Shown here piece after piece: positions 18,018 through 27,432 of a stretch of 64,000 bases of DNA. The number at the start of each line of letters is the position of its first letter. Positions within the stretch are counted from its first letter, which is position 1. The stretch comes from Candidatus Micrarchaeota archaeon. GTDB taxonomy: Archaea > B1Sed10-29 > JAJRYS01. The notes beneath the pieces were generated by a model that ran no database searches, was not told where the DNA came from, and saw only the letters and a list, made by a program, of their open reading frames with translations. Where the stretch lies: assembly GCA_964643685.1 (NCBI GenBank), contig CAZXTN010000001.1, positions 1 to 64,000 on the forward strand. The letters run 5' to 3'. The position numbers were made by a program, and so were the translations under genes.

Positions 18018-20675
18018 ATGAAATTAAATCAAATGGCAATGCTTTCATTGGCTGTGATTTTATTCACAACAACAGTGAGCGCATTAACAGTAACAACAGA
18101 CAAATCAATATACAACCAAGGAGATACTGTGCAGATTACAACTAAACATGCATGGACAAGGTGGGCCAGAGTAATGGTGTTAGATGCTAATACAAACAAA
18201 TCAGTATTTTATGCATCTGGATATCCAAGCAGTTGGTCAGGTTATGGAACTTACATGCACTTTAATTGGACAATCCCTACAACTGTAAAGGCTGGATATT
18301 ATTATGTAGATGGGCGTATTTCAACAAATGGAATAGGACATCATGCAATTAGTGACACTTTTTACATCAACCAAAAGCCTGTTTTAAAAGAAATGAGCGA
18401 CAAACAAGTAATAGAAGACAAGGAAGCAATTTATGAATTGACTTCAAGCGATTACTTTGGAAGCAATGTAAAAAACATGGTAGGTGACAATCATCACACT
18501 TACAAGTGTGACATGGATTACCATGGAACATTTAACCCGAAAGTAACAAAAGTTTACAGCGTATCTGCTTATGGAAAAGATGAGATAACAACTCATTTCC
18601 AATATACTTACCATGAACCAGGCACATACACTGTTGCTTGCAAAGTATATGACGCAATGGGACAAGGATCAAGCTTGAAAACATTTAAGGTAACTGTATT
18701 GAAGTACACTCCAACTACAATCAATTCAATTTCAATACCTAATTCAATTGAAGAGGGAACAACTTTGACTTTAAGCGCAGTTGTTTCACCTGGAACAGAT
18801 ACAACTTTATCCACTTACACTTGGAAGATAACAAAAGACGGAACAGTTGTTAAAACTCTTTCAGGAGAATCACCAAGTTATACCTTCGCATCATCAGGAG
18901 TTTATGTAATTAAATTAACAGTTACAGACAGCGACGGAAACACAGCTGTAAAAACAAAAGCAATCACAGTAACTGAAAAAGAACAACCAGTTGAACAAAA
19001 CTATGCTCCTTCAAACTTGGAGATTGACGGAAGCTGCAGCGAACTAAGCTGTGTTTTCAGTGGCTCAGCTGACGACTTGAACGGAGATGCTTTAACTTAC
19101 TCCTGGGAAATAAGCCAAAATGGAGAAACATTAACAACTTTAACAGGACAAGATGTTTCATATGATTTTGAACAAGCAGGAAATTACAAGCTTACATTAA
19201 CAGTAAGCGATGGAAAAGCAACTTCAACAAAAACAAGGTATGTTACAGTTGAATCAGAAGAAGAGCCAGTGACACCTTCATCAGAAAACAACGCTCCAAC
19301 ATGTGAGATTGACGTTCAATGCGCTGATTTAACATGTAGTTTCATTGCATTGAAATACGACGCAGATAAAGACCCTTTAACAACAGCATGGAACTTAGGA
19401 GATGGAACACTTTCAAACGAACCTACAGTAATGCATGACTATGCAGAGTCAGGAAATTACATTGTTACTTTAACTGTAAGCGATGGACAAGAAGAATGCA
19501 CAGACACTGCAATAGTGGAAGTAACAGGAGAATCAACACCAGTAGAACCTGAAACAAATGACGAAACTGGAATAACAATTGATGCTGGTGAACTTGTAAG
19601 GACACAAGCTAATACACCTGTTGAGTTCACAGGAACAGCTGATGACTCAGATGGTTACATCATAAGCTTTGCATGGGACTTTGATGGAGACGGAACTTAT
19701 GATGTTGAAAGCATCAACCCAATTGATGCAAACTACACTTATACAGTGCCTGGAATTTACCACGCTGTATTCAAGGTAGTTGACAATGACAGCAATGTAA
19801 AAACAATGGAAAGAGTAATAATGGTTGGTGAAGAGCAAGGAGTTCCAACAGTTAATGCTGGAGATGACTTGACAGCAGAGACCCTTGAAAACGTAAACTT
19901 CCTTGGAACAGGAGAAGACTCTGACGGATACATAGTAAAGTACGAATGGGACTTCGACTATGATTCAGCAAAAGGATTTGAAGCTGATTACACTTCAATG
20001 AGAGACGGAAGCGCTTCACACATTTATTACAAAGCAGGAGCATACACAGCTGCATTCAGAGTAACAGACAATGACGGAAAAACAGCAACTGACTACATCA
20101 CAGTTACAATAACAGGAGAAGATGTAAATGAGTCAGACATGTCAGGCATTAAGGAATACTCTTACTTTGAAATGAAAGACCTTTCAGTTGTAAGAGAAAG
20201 CAACTATGACCCAAAAACTGCTTTGACTACAGTTGAATTGAAAGTGACAAACTTGGAAAACAAGGACAGGACATTCTTAATAAGAGATATAGTCCCTAAA
20301 TCAGCAGCAACCTACTACGACCAATTCCAAGTAATTCCAAGCTATGACGTGATTTACAAAGCAGATCCTGAACTAGGATGGAATGTGACAATAGGAGCTT
20401 ATGAAACAATTGAAATAAAATACACTTTCAACAAATTCATAAGCGCAGAAAACATGTCAAAAGAATGGGAAGCTCCAACAATAATTGAACAAACAGAAGC
20501 AAATGAAACAGCAACAGAACAACCTGAACAAACAAACCAAAATGGATTAACAGGTTTGGTTATTGGAGCAATGGACGCAGCTGGAATTTCAACAACAGCA
20601 CTTGCAATAATTGTAGTTCTTGCAATTATTGTATGGAAAAAAGAAGTCATTGTTGAAAAACTAAGAAGAGAATAA
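18018..20675 (+). CDS. Large multi-PKD cell-surface protein with C-terminal membrane anchor
   Basis: Signal peptide; about six PKD-like repeats (WNLGDG, WDFDGDG, WDFD); TG..-type motif and TM helix with basic tail. Confidence 0.85.
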   Translation: MKLNQMAMLSLAVILFTTTVSALTVTTDKSIYNQGDTVQITTKHAWTRWARVMVLDANTNKSVFYASGYPSSWSGYGTYMHFNWTIPTTVKAGYYYVDGRISTNGIGHHAISDTFYINQKPVLKEMSDKQVIEDKEAIYELTSSDYFGSNVKNMVGDNHHTYKCDMDYHGTFNPKVTKVYSVSAYGKDEITTHFQYTYHEPGTYTVACKVYDAMGQGSSLKTFKVTVLKYTPTTINSISIPNSIEEGTTLTLSAVVSPGTDTTLSTYTWKITKDGTVVKTLSGESPSYTFASSGVYVIKLTVTDSDGNTAVKTKAITVTEKEQPVEQNYAPSNLEIDGSCSELSCVFSGSADDLNGDALTYSWEISQNGETLTTLTGQDVSYDFEQAGNYKLTLTVSDGKATSTKTRYVTVESEEEPVTPSSENNAPTCEIDVQCADLTCSFIALKYDADKDPLTTAWNLGDGTLSNEPTVMHDYAESGNYIVTLTVSDGQEECTDTAIVEVTGESTPVEPETNDETGITIDAGELVRTQANTPVEFTGTADDSDGYIISFAWDFDGDGTYDVESINPIDANYTYTVPGIYHAVFKVVDNDSNVKTMERVIMVGEEQGVPTVNAGDDLTAETLENVNFLGTGEDSDGYIVKYEWDFDYDSAKGFEADYTSMRDGSASHIYYKAGAYTAAFRVTDNDGKTATDYITVTITGEDVNESDMSGIKEYSYFEMKDLSVVRESNYDPKTALTTVELKVTNLENKDRTFLIRDIVPKSAATYYDQFQVIPSYDVIYKADPELGWNVTIGAYETIEIKYTFNKFISAENMSKEWEAPTIIEQTEANETATEQPEQTNQNGLTGLVIGAMDAAGISTTALAIIVVLAIIVWKKEVIVEKLRRE

Positions 20676-20682
20676 AAACCCT

Positions 20683-20745
20683 AAAAGGCGTTTTCAAAAC
20701 GCCTTTTTAAAAACTTTTTTTAAATTACTTTTTTTTACTTACTTT
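20683..20745 (+). terminator. Inverted repeat followed by T tracts
   Basis: AAAAGGCGTTTT-C-AAAACGCCTTTT (20683-20707) then several T runs, just after PKD gene stop. Confidence 0.6.
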
Positions 20746-20852
20746 AATTACTTAATCTTCTTTTTTTAAAAAAATTATTTCTCTAATTGGTTTTATATTA
20801 TAGTTAAATTATAAACTTATTTTAAAGAAAGAGAATTAGAGGTGGGAATTAA

Positions 20853-21365
20853 ATGGCTTTATTAGCTAAAGAAAGAGTTCTCATAACAGATGAGAAGCTT
20901 GTAAGCGAGTTAGTGAACAAAGGGTATGGAGAAAAAGAAGGAAAAAACCTTCTTCTCTCCCCTGAAGAAACTCTTTATCTCAACGAAAAGAGAAAGGAGT
21001 TTCCTGTATTTGACGGCAGAGGAAAAGAATTGACTCACGAGCAATTGTGGAAGAAGTTCTTGAAACTTGACAAGGACTTCACAATGAAGTACGTAGTTTA
21101 TAGGGATTTGAGAGACAGGGGCTTCTGCGTAAAAACAGGCTTCAAGTTCGGCAGTCACTTCAGAGTGTATTCAAGAGGGGATAGGCCTGGAAAAGGACAT
21201 GCTATATGGCTGGTACATGCTGTTCCAGAAGAATACACAGTGCAGTTTCAAGTACTGTCAAGAGCAATACGCTTGGCGCAGAACGTGCGTAAAAAAATGA
21301 TTTACGCAGTAGTAGACAAAGAAGGGGACATCACTTACTACAGAATGGACAGGATAACCCCGTGA
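20853..21365 (+). CDS. endA: tRNA-intron lyase (splicing endonuclease), single catalytic unit
   Basis: VY.DLR.RG..VKTGFKFGSHFRVY; catalytic Tyr/His/Lys (RVY, GHA, RKK); 170 aa. Confidence 0.93.
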   Translation: MALLAKERVLITDEKLVSELVNKGYGEKEGKNLLLSPEETLYLNEKRKEFPVFDGRGKELTHEQLWKKFLKLDKDFTMKYVVYRDLRDRGFCVKTGFKFGSHFRVYSRGDRPGKGHAIWLVHAVPEEYTVQFQVLSRAIRLAQNVRKKMIYAVVDKEGDITYYRMDRITP

Positions 21366-21378
21366 GGTGTTTTTAGAA

Positions 21379-22128
21379 ATGCTTGTTTTGATTGGACTTG
21401 GGTTGTGGAATGAGAAGGACATTACTTTGCGTGGCTTGGAGGAAGCTAAGTCAAGCGACGTGGTTTTCCTGGAAAAATACACTTCCAAGTTAATGGGAAG
21501 CAACAAGGAAAAATTAGAGGATTTGATCGGAAAGAAAATTCAGTTTGCTGACAGAAACTTTTTAGAATCAGGTGAAGTCATAGCAACTGCTAGGAACAAC
21601 AAAGTCGCTTTGCTTGTAGCAGGAGACCCCATGGTGGCGACAACTCATTCGCAGTTGATTCTTGACGCTGAAAAGCAAGGAGTCAAGACAAGAGTGATTC
21701 ATAATGCTTCCATTTATTCTGCTGTTGCTGAAACTGGTTTGCAGATTTACAAGTTTGGAAGAAGTGCTACGATTACTTTCTGGCAGGGGGATTATAAGCC
21801 TACTTCTTGGTTTGACATTTACTTGGAAAACAAGGAAAGGGGTTTGCATACCTTGTTTTTCCTTGACTTGAATTTAGATGAAGGAAAAATGATGTCAGCT
21901 AAGGAAGGGCTTGAGAAACTAATTGAAATAGGAAAAGAGAAAGGTGGCTTTGATGAAAAAACTTATTGTGTTGTTGCTTCTCAAATCGGAAGCCTTGGCA
22001 GGGTAATTAAGGCTGGGGAAGCAAGTGAGCTTTTGAAAAAAGATTTAGGCGCGCCTTTGCAGGTTATTATAGTGCCTGGGAAATTGCATGAAGCTGAAGA
22101 GAATTTTTTGAAAATGCTTGAAGAGTGA
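21379..22128 (+). CDS. dph5: Diphthine synthase
   Basis: LIGLGL; E.YTS; GDPMVATTH; HNASI; GLQIYKFG; N..RGLHTL. Confidence 0.95.
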   Translation: MLVLIGLGLWNEKDITLRGLEEAKSSDVVFLEKYTSKLMGSNKEKLEDLIGKKIQFADRNFLESGEVIATARNNKVALLVAGDPMVATTHSQLILDAEKQGVKTRVIHNASIYSAVAETGLQIYKFGRSATITFWQGDYKPTSWFDIYLENKERGLHTLFFLDLNLDEGKMMSAKEGLEKLIEIGKEKGGFDEKTYCVVASQIGSLGRVIKAGEASELLKKDLGAPLQVIIVPGKLHEAEENFLKMLEE

Positions 22129-22135
22129 ATGAGAG

Positions 22136-22408
22136 ATGAGCGAATTTAAAATTGCTAAAGAAAAATATGAATACTGCTTGGGCATTACTGAAAAAGCTTT
22201 AAGGGACATGAAAGTAGTTGATGAAAAAAAAGCAAGGATTTTATTGAAATGGGTTGAGGATTATAAGAAGGATGCAGAGTATTATTTTAACAGGGGGGAT
22301 TTTGCAACTGCTTTGGAGGCAATTGCTTATGCTCATGGTTTTATTGACTCTGCGGTGCTTTTGGGTTTAGTTGAGATTAAGGATTATCATTTGGAAAAAG
22401 CATTTTAA
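22136..22408 (+). CDS. DUF357 family protein
   Basis: Y..DA.YY...GD...ALEAI.YAHG.ID; usual neighbour of dph5. Confidence 0.85.
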   Translation: MSEFKIAKEKYEYCLGITEKALRDMKVVDEKKARILLKWVEDYKKDAEYYFNRGDFATALEAIAYAHGFIDSAVLLGLVEIKDYHLEKAF

Positions 22409-22447
22409 AGTCCTGGTTCTTTTATTTAAAATTAAGGTGATGAGTTT

Positions 22448-22861
22448 ATGAAAATTTTTAGCAGAAGTTTTTTGATACTTGCAATTGTAATAGTATTGCT
22501 TGCTTCAATTGTTCTTCTTATACCTAAAACAACTGCAAGCAATGGCATTATAACAGCTGAATTCAGTGAAAAGACAGTTAGTTCAGGTGAAACTGTTTAT
22601 TTGACAGTGACTTTGAAGAATAATCTTGGAAGGGATTTGGAGGGTGTTGAAATAAGTGCTTTGCCTGTTGATAATAGCAGTTTGGTTGTTATGAACAGCG
22701 AACAGTTTGAGGACATTATTGGAATGGATGAAGTAAGGGAGTTCAAGTTTCCAGTGACAGTTAAAGATGATGCAAGGGCTGGTGTTTATTCTATAAAAAT
22801 AAACAGCAATTTAGAAGATTTTAAGGAGATTAGAGTTCCTTTGAAAGTAGTTGAAAAATAA
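22448..22861 (+). CDS. Membrane-anchored Ig-like (CARDB/COG1361-like) protein
   Basis: N-terminal TM; V..GE...LTVTLKN...F.V.V...A.AGVYSI.I. Confidence 0.6.
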   Translation: MKIFSRSFLILAIVIVLLASIVLLIPKTTASNGIITAEFSEKTVSSGETVYLTVTLKNNLGRDLEGVEISALPVDNSSLVVMNSEQFEDIIGMDEVREFKFPVTVKDDARAGVYSIKINSNLEDFKEIRVPLKVVEK

Positions 22862-23081
22862 GCCAATTAGTCTTGCAATTCCAGAAGTTTTATATAAGGA
22901 ATCAAAAAAATATTCTGAAAAGTATGCTTATAAGAGCCTGCAGGAGTTTATTTTAGACCTTTTAAGAAAAAAGGTTATTTTAAAAAACATTGAGAGGTAT
23001 GAAGAAATTGAAAAAAAAGCTAGGAGCAATGGAAGAAGAATGAGCCAAAAAGAAGCGGTTTCCTTTTTAGAAAAAATGTGA
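22851..23081 (+). CDS. Ribbon-helix-helix (CopG-like) protein, orphan antitoxin-like
   Basis: ISLAIPEVLY...Y.SLQEFILDLLRKKV; TTG start uncertain. Confidence 0.6.
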   Translation: MKNKPISLAIPEVLYKESKKYSEKYAYKSLQEFILDLLRKKVILKNIERYEEIEKKARSNGRRMSQKEAVSFLEKM

Positions 23082-23084
23082 CTT

Positions 23085-23852
23085 TTAAAACTTCCAAAGT
23101 GCTTCTTTGAAGAAGCTAACTGCATAGGCTTCGCCTTGTGGGGGAATCCATTCAACTAAGTCAAAATATTTGAAGTCAGTGTTCTTGATTGTTTCTATTA
23201 CTTGTTTTGGGTTTGCTCCAAATGCTTCTGGAGTTCCTGTTTCCATGTAGATTGGTTCAAGCACGTCGACGTCAAGGGAGAAGTAGTCTATTTTTCCAGA
23301 GTAAGTGAAATTTTTGCTCCAGTTAATTTTGTTTTTTAAGGCAAATTCATGTTCTTCTTTGCTTGCGTTTCTAACTCCCCTTATACTTACTCTTGCTTTT
23401 TGTTCATATGCTCTCCTGGTTGTACAAGCGTGTGAGTGCTTGTCTCCCTCATAGTCATTCATCAAGTCAAAGTGAGCATCAAGGGAGAGATAAGAAGTTA
23501 CTGCTAATGCTTTTGTTGTTATTTGAGTTATTGAATGGTCTCCTCCTATGAAGATTATTTTTGCGTTTGGGTTTTTTGTTTTCACTTCTTTTATTTTTTT
23601 AGTTAGGTTTTTTTCAAGTGTTTTGAATGAACTTGTTTTTGGAGTGTTTCCTAAATCTATTATTGGCTGGTCAAATAGGTCTTTTTGCTTGTTTAAGTCA
23701 TATGTCCATGAGTTGAGGAATGCTTTTCTCAGTGCGTCGGGTGCTTTTTCTGCTCCTTTTTTTCCAGTTACTTTTCCTGAGAAAGGAACTCCTATTATTA
23801 CTTTTTCAGCTTCTTGTATTTTGTATAAGGGTTTCCATATTTTCATGTGCAT
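23085..23852 (-). CDS. speB: Agmatinase/ureohydrolase family protein
   Basis: GVPF; GGDHSIT; DAHFD; SHAC; SLDVDV; TGTPE. Confidence 0.8.
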   Translation of the reverse strand: MHMKIWKPLYKIQEAEKVIIGVPFSGKVTGKKGAEKAPDALRKAFLNSWTYDLNKQKDLFDQPIIDLGNTPKTSSFKTLEKNLTKKIKEVKTKNPNAKIIFIGGDHSITQITTKALAVTSYLSLDAHFDLMNDYEGDKHSHACTTRRAYEQKARVSIRGVRNASKEEHEFALKNKINWSKNFTYSGKIDYFSLDVDVLEPIYMETGTPEAFGANPKQVIETIKNTDFKYFDLVEWIPPQGEAYAVSFFKEALWKF

Positions 23853-23885
23853 AACAACTCTTTTTTTAAAATTAGTTTTGTTGTT

Positions 23886-24674
23886 TTACCTTGCTAGGGA
23901 GTATACTTCGAATTCGCAGTATGAGTCTCCTACTTCCCATCCTTTTGTTTGGTTGACTGTTACTGATTCCATTCTTTTGAATTCTGCGAATGCTCCTCTT
24001 ATGAATCCTCTTGAAAAGTTTGCTGCTTTTTTTCCGAATGGGTAAGCTCCTACTGTGAATGCTTCTTCTTTTATTCTTAGAACTGTTTCTAATGTTGCTG
24101 TTTTTTTGCTTGGGTTTATTTCTTCAACAATGCCTATTTTCATTTTTAGAAGGGAGTCTTTTATTAGCTTTATTAGTTCTTGTTTGCTTGTTGGTTTTTT
24201 TTGTTTGATTATTTTTCTTGCTATTGTTTCTCCTGCTTGGGTTGCTATTCTTTCTGCTTGGAAGTCTCCGGCTATGTCGTAGGTTGAGTAGAAGAGGTAT
24301 CTTGCTACTTCAAGGGAGAATTCTTTTCCGAGTTTTTTTCTCAGCAGTGGGTCGAATGAGCCTACTTCTTCTCTTTTTCCTTCGCTTATTACTTCTTTTG
24401 AGATTATGTTTAGTTTTAGTTTTTTTCTTATGTCTTCTATTATTGAGTAGATTTCTATTCCGTTTAGCACTAGGTCGTTTTTTAGTTCTTCGAAGGAGGA
24501 GTCTGGCTTGTATACTATTAGTTTTCCGTTTGGCAGCAGTTTGAGACGTATGTCGTGTATTTTTGTTTCAAGTACTTCTTGGTTTCCTTCTGGATAATTG
24601 AAGTACTCTAACTCTTTTAATTTTTTTAAGTTTAGTTTTGTTTTCAAGTCATATACGAATGATTCTGATTTCAT
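23886..24674 (-). CDS. V4R domain-containing protein
   Basis: R..LG; AGE..A; MKIGI; F.RGFIRG; T..W..GD.YCEFEV C-terminal V4R signature. Confidence 0.75.
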   Translation of the reverse strand: MKSESFVYDLKTKLNLKKLKELEYFNYPEGNQEVLETKIHDIRLKLLPNGKLIVYKPDSSFEELKNDLVLNGIEIYSIIEDIRKKLKLNIISKEVISEGKREEVGSFDPLLRKKLGKEFSLEVARYLFYSTYDIAGDFQAERIATQAGETIARKIIKQKKPTSKQELIKLIKDSLLKMKIGIVEEINPSKKTATLETVLRIKEEAFTVGAYPFGKKAANFSRGFIRGAFAEFKRMESVTVNQTKGWEVGDSYCEFEVYSLAR

Positions 24675-24762
24675 TATCTTTTAAGCAACTCCCTTTTAAA
24701 TTTTCAAAATCTCTTCATTAGTGAAGTATGTTGGGTTGTAGAATCAAATGCCTGTTGCTTTT

Positions 24763-25443
24763 TCAAAGCATTTCTTCTGGAACTACCTCTAGTCCAATGG
24801 ATGTCATTTGAAGTGGGTAAATGCTTCTGGAGTGGTTTGTTCCTCTCATTTTTAGTATTTCAAGTGCACTTACTCTTTCGTTTCTTTTAGGAAGATTATA
24901 TAAAAGGATTACTCCATCTGCTATGAATTCTTCTAAGCCAAAACGTGCATCTTCTCTTAGTGAGTAGTCTCTTTCGCTTGTTAGGACAACTGTTGCGTCA
25001 AGTGAGCTTAGGAAGTCTAGTAGGTTGAATAGTCCTTTTCTGAATTCAAAGTTGTCTTTGAAGAATAAGCGTAGCATTGTTACTGTGTCAAGGACTACTC
25101 TTTTTACCCCTAGTTGGGTTACTGATGATTGGCAGATGTCAAGTAGGTTTTGGAAGTTGTATCTGTCAACTGATTGAACTATTAAGTTTTTGTTTTTTAC
25201 TTCTTTTTTTAAGTCCCATCCGTATGAGGATTCTAGGTCTTCTATTATCTTTTCTGGTTTTTGTTCCAGGCTGAGGAACAGGCCTTTTTCATTGTAGTCT
25301 TTTATGCCTTTGTATAAGTATTGCATGCCGAAGGTGGTTTTTCCTGTTCCTGGGCCTCCTGCTACTAGTATGTTGTGGTTTCTTGGTACTCCTCCTTGGA
25401 GCATTTCATCTAGTCCAGGTATGCCTAGTAGAATTTTTTCCAT
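24763..25443 (-). CDS. KaiC/RAD55-family single-domain ATPase (intact motifs)
   Basis: GIPGLD.ML.GG; GGPGTGKT; SLEQ; VVLD; EEFIADGVI; LKMRGT.HS. Confidence 0.92.
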   Translation of the reverse strand: MEKILLGIPGLDEMLQGGVPRNHNILVAGGPGTGKTTFGMQYLYKGIKDYNEKGLFLSLEQKPEKIIEDLESSYGWDLKKEVKNKNLIVQSVDRYNFQNLLDICQSSVTQLGVKRVVLDTVTMLRLFFKDNFEFRKGLFNLLDFLSSLDATVVLTSERDYSLREDARFGLEEFIADGVILLYNLPKRNERVSALEILKMRGTNHSRSIYPLQMTSIGLEVVPEEML

Positions 25444-25579
25444 ATTGTTTCATATAATTAATTGCAAGTTTATTAATGTTACGAATAGAGGTGTAGTATG
25501 GAGTTTTTTGTTCTTTGGTTAAAAATATAAACTTGAAGTATTTAATAAGAGATTAGGCAATTGTTTTAGAAGAGGAGAG

Positions 25580-26233
25580 GTGTTTTGGTTGATTAAAACT
25601 GGTCTTCGTTTTTTTGATAAGAATAATGGATTTTCGGAGAATGAAAAGGTGTTGGTGGAGGGCCCTACTGGTATTGGTAAAAAGATGCTTGTTTATTATT
25701 TTATAAATAATTGGATTAGGAAGAAGAAGAATGTTATTTTGATAAATGCGGATGGGACAGATGAGAGGATAAGAAGAATTTTTAAGAGGTATTTTAAGAC
25801 AGATGTTTTGGATTATCCTAATTTTATAATTGTAAATGCATATGAGACAAAAATGGATTTGAATACAATAAAGAAAATAATTAAGGGAATAAAGCTTAAG
25901 GACGTTGTGGTTGTATTTGATTCTCTTACTGGTTATTTTTTCAATACTGAGAAGACTTACTTGTATAAGCGAAAATCAAAGCAGAAGGAAAAAGAAGCGA
26001 TTAAACAATTAATTAACTTTTGTAAGAAATGCAGGCATTTGTTTATTTTAATTGCTAATAATGATTTGATAAGCGAAGATGCTTTGAAGTTGCTTAGGAA
26101 GAATGCCACGACAATTATTAAAATGGATTTTGAAGATGAGAAAGGAAGGTTAAGAAGGAAAATGAATTTGAAAAAAGGGGCAAAGAAGTTTGATGCAAAT
26201 TTTTTAATCACTTATTTAGGTATTAAAATTTAA
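25580..26233 (+). CDS. Degenerate KaiC/RAD55-like protein
   Basis: TGL..FD..GF; Walker A GPTGIGKK (Thr lost); VVFDSL; no KMR finger. Confidence 0.7.
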   Translation: MFWLIKTGLRFFDKNNGFSENEKVLVEGPTGIGKKMLVYYFINNWIRKKKNVILINADGTDERIRRIFKRYFKTDVLDYPNFIIVNAYETKMDLNTIKKIIKGIKLKDVVVVFDSLTGYFFNTEKTYLYKRKSKQKEKEAIKQLINFCKKCRHLFILIANNDLISEDALKLLRKNATTIIKMDFEDEKGRLRRKMNLKKGAKKFDANFLITYLGIKI

Positions 26234-26252
26234 AGAAGCGGGGAAGTGAAAG

Positions 26253-26987
26253 ATGATAAGAAGCAATAGTTTTGAAAAGGTGCAGAGGGTAAAAACAGGG
26301 GTCCCTGGCTTGGATTTTTTACTGCAAGGAGGCGTGCCTAGGTCAGCTAATGTGCTTTTGATGGGTGCTCCTGGTTCTGGCAAGACTACTTTGTCACGGC
26401 AGATTGTTTATAACAGTTTGAAGAGGGGGATGAAAGTGATTTATATTACTACTTCTGAACCTCCTTCTAATATTAAGAAGCAGATGGATGTAATGGGTTG
26501 GCCTATACAAAAGGAGGATAAGATTATTTTCATTGATTGTTACTCTTGGAGAATAAGCAATACCCAGAGAGAAGATGCAAAGTATCAGTTGTCAAATATT
26601 AACAGGTTGAATGAGCTTGATCAGTTGTTTAGGAAGGCTCTTGAGGAAATTAAAATGAACAAGGATGGCATTGTTATTTTTGATTCTTTATCTGATCTTC
26701 TTCTTCACACTGAAGAAAAGTCAGTTTTTAAGTTAGTGCAGTTGATAACAGGAAGAATAAAAGCTGTTGAATCAAACGGCATTTTTTTAATTGAAAGCGG
26801 AATACATGATGAGAGGCAAGTGGCTACTATTAATTACATAATGGATGGAACAATTGAAATGAGGATATATGAAGATAGGAGGCAGATGAGAATAAAGAGA
26901 ATGACTGACACTGTCCATCCTCTTCAATGGATTGATTTTGAAATCAAGAAAGGAGTAGAGCTTGAGGTTAAGAATTTTTTCAAATAA
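26253..26987 (+). CDS. KaiC/RAD55-family ATPase
   Basis: TGVPGLD.LL.GG; GAPGSGKT; IDCYSW; VIFDSLS; DGTI. Confidence 0.9.
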   Translation: MIRSNSFEKVQRVKTGVPGLDFLLQGGVPRSANVLLMGAPGSGKTTLSRQIVYNSLKRGMKVIYITTSEPPSNIKKQMDVMGWPIQKEDKIIFIDCYSWRISNTQREDAKYQLSNINRLNELDQLFRKALEEIKMNKDGIVIFDSLSDLLLHTEEKSVFKLVQLITGRIKAVESNGIFLIESGIHDERQVATINYIMDGTIEMRIYEDRRQMRIKRMTDTVHPLQWIDFEIKKGVELEVKNFFK

Positions 26988-27020
26988 AAAGTTGTTCAAA
27001 AGCTGTTTTTTAACAAGGGT

Positions 27021-27368
27021 TCATTTTCTGAATGCAAAGTAAGCTATCATTACAGATAATGAAGCAAATATTCCTGAAATTGAACTCCAAACTCCTGCTT
27101 TTTTATGAAAATTAACAGCTGTTAGGAACAAAGTGCCTGAGGCAATTGAAACCATTACAAGAAGCATTGAATAAAAAATAACTGCTACTCTAGAAGAAGG
27201 AGCATTGACGTATAAGAAGTTGAACAGAAGCCAGAATACAAAAGAAGAGACAGAAATGAAATAAAACTTTCTAGCCATGTTTTTAAGATTTCTGCTCAGC
27301 ACAAAAAGAAGAAAAATAAGAGGAACAATAATAAGCAAATGCAAGTAAGTCCAAGAGTAAATTTGCAT
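27021..27368 (-). CDS. Short membrane protein resembling the start of a 7TM sensor domain; possibly truncated
   Basis: Four hydrophobic helices with ...RN.K...F....F.W pattern; no cytoplasmic output domain. Confidence 0.45.
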   Translation of the reverse strand: MQIYSWTYLHLLIIVPLIFLLFVLSRNLKNMARKFYFISVSSFVFWLLFNFLYVNAPSSRVAVIFYSMLLVMVSIASGTLFLTAVNFHKKAGVWSSISGIFASLSVMIAYFAFRK

Positions 27369-27432
27369 GATTAAAAAAGCACCTCTTCTTTTTACAAAAA
27401 AAAACTTATGAAATTTAATTACACTTTAAAAC

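Noticed and set aside
24675-24762. Possible gene remnant between KaiC and V4R genes
   Set aside because: Too short to assign; coding-like appearance could be chance
10233-26987. Circadian KaiABC clock
   Set aside because: All copies are single-domain and no KaiA or KaiB is present
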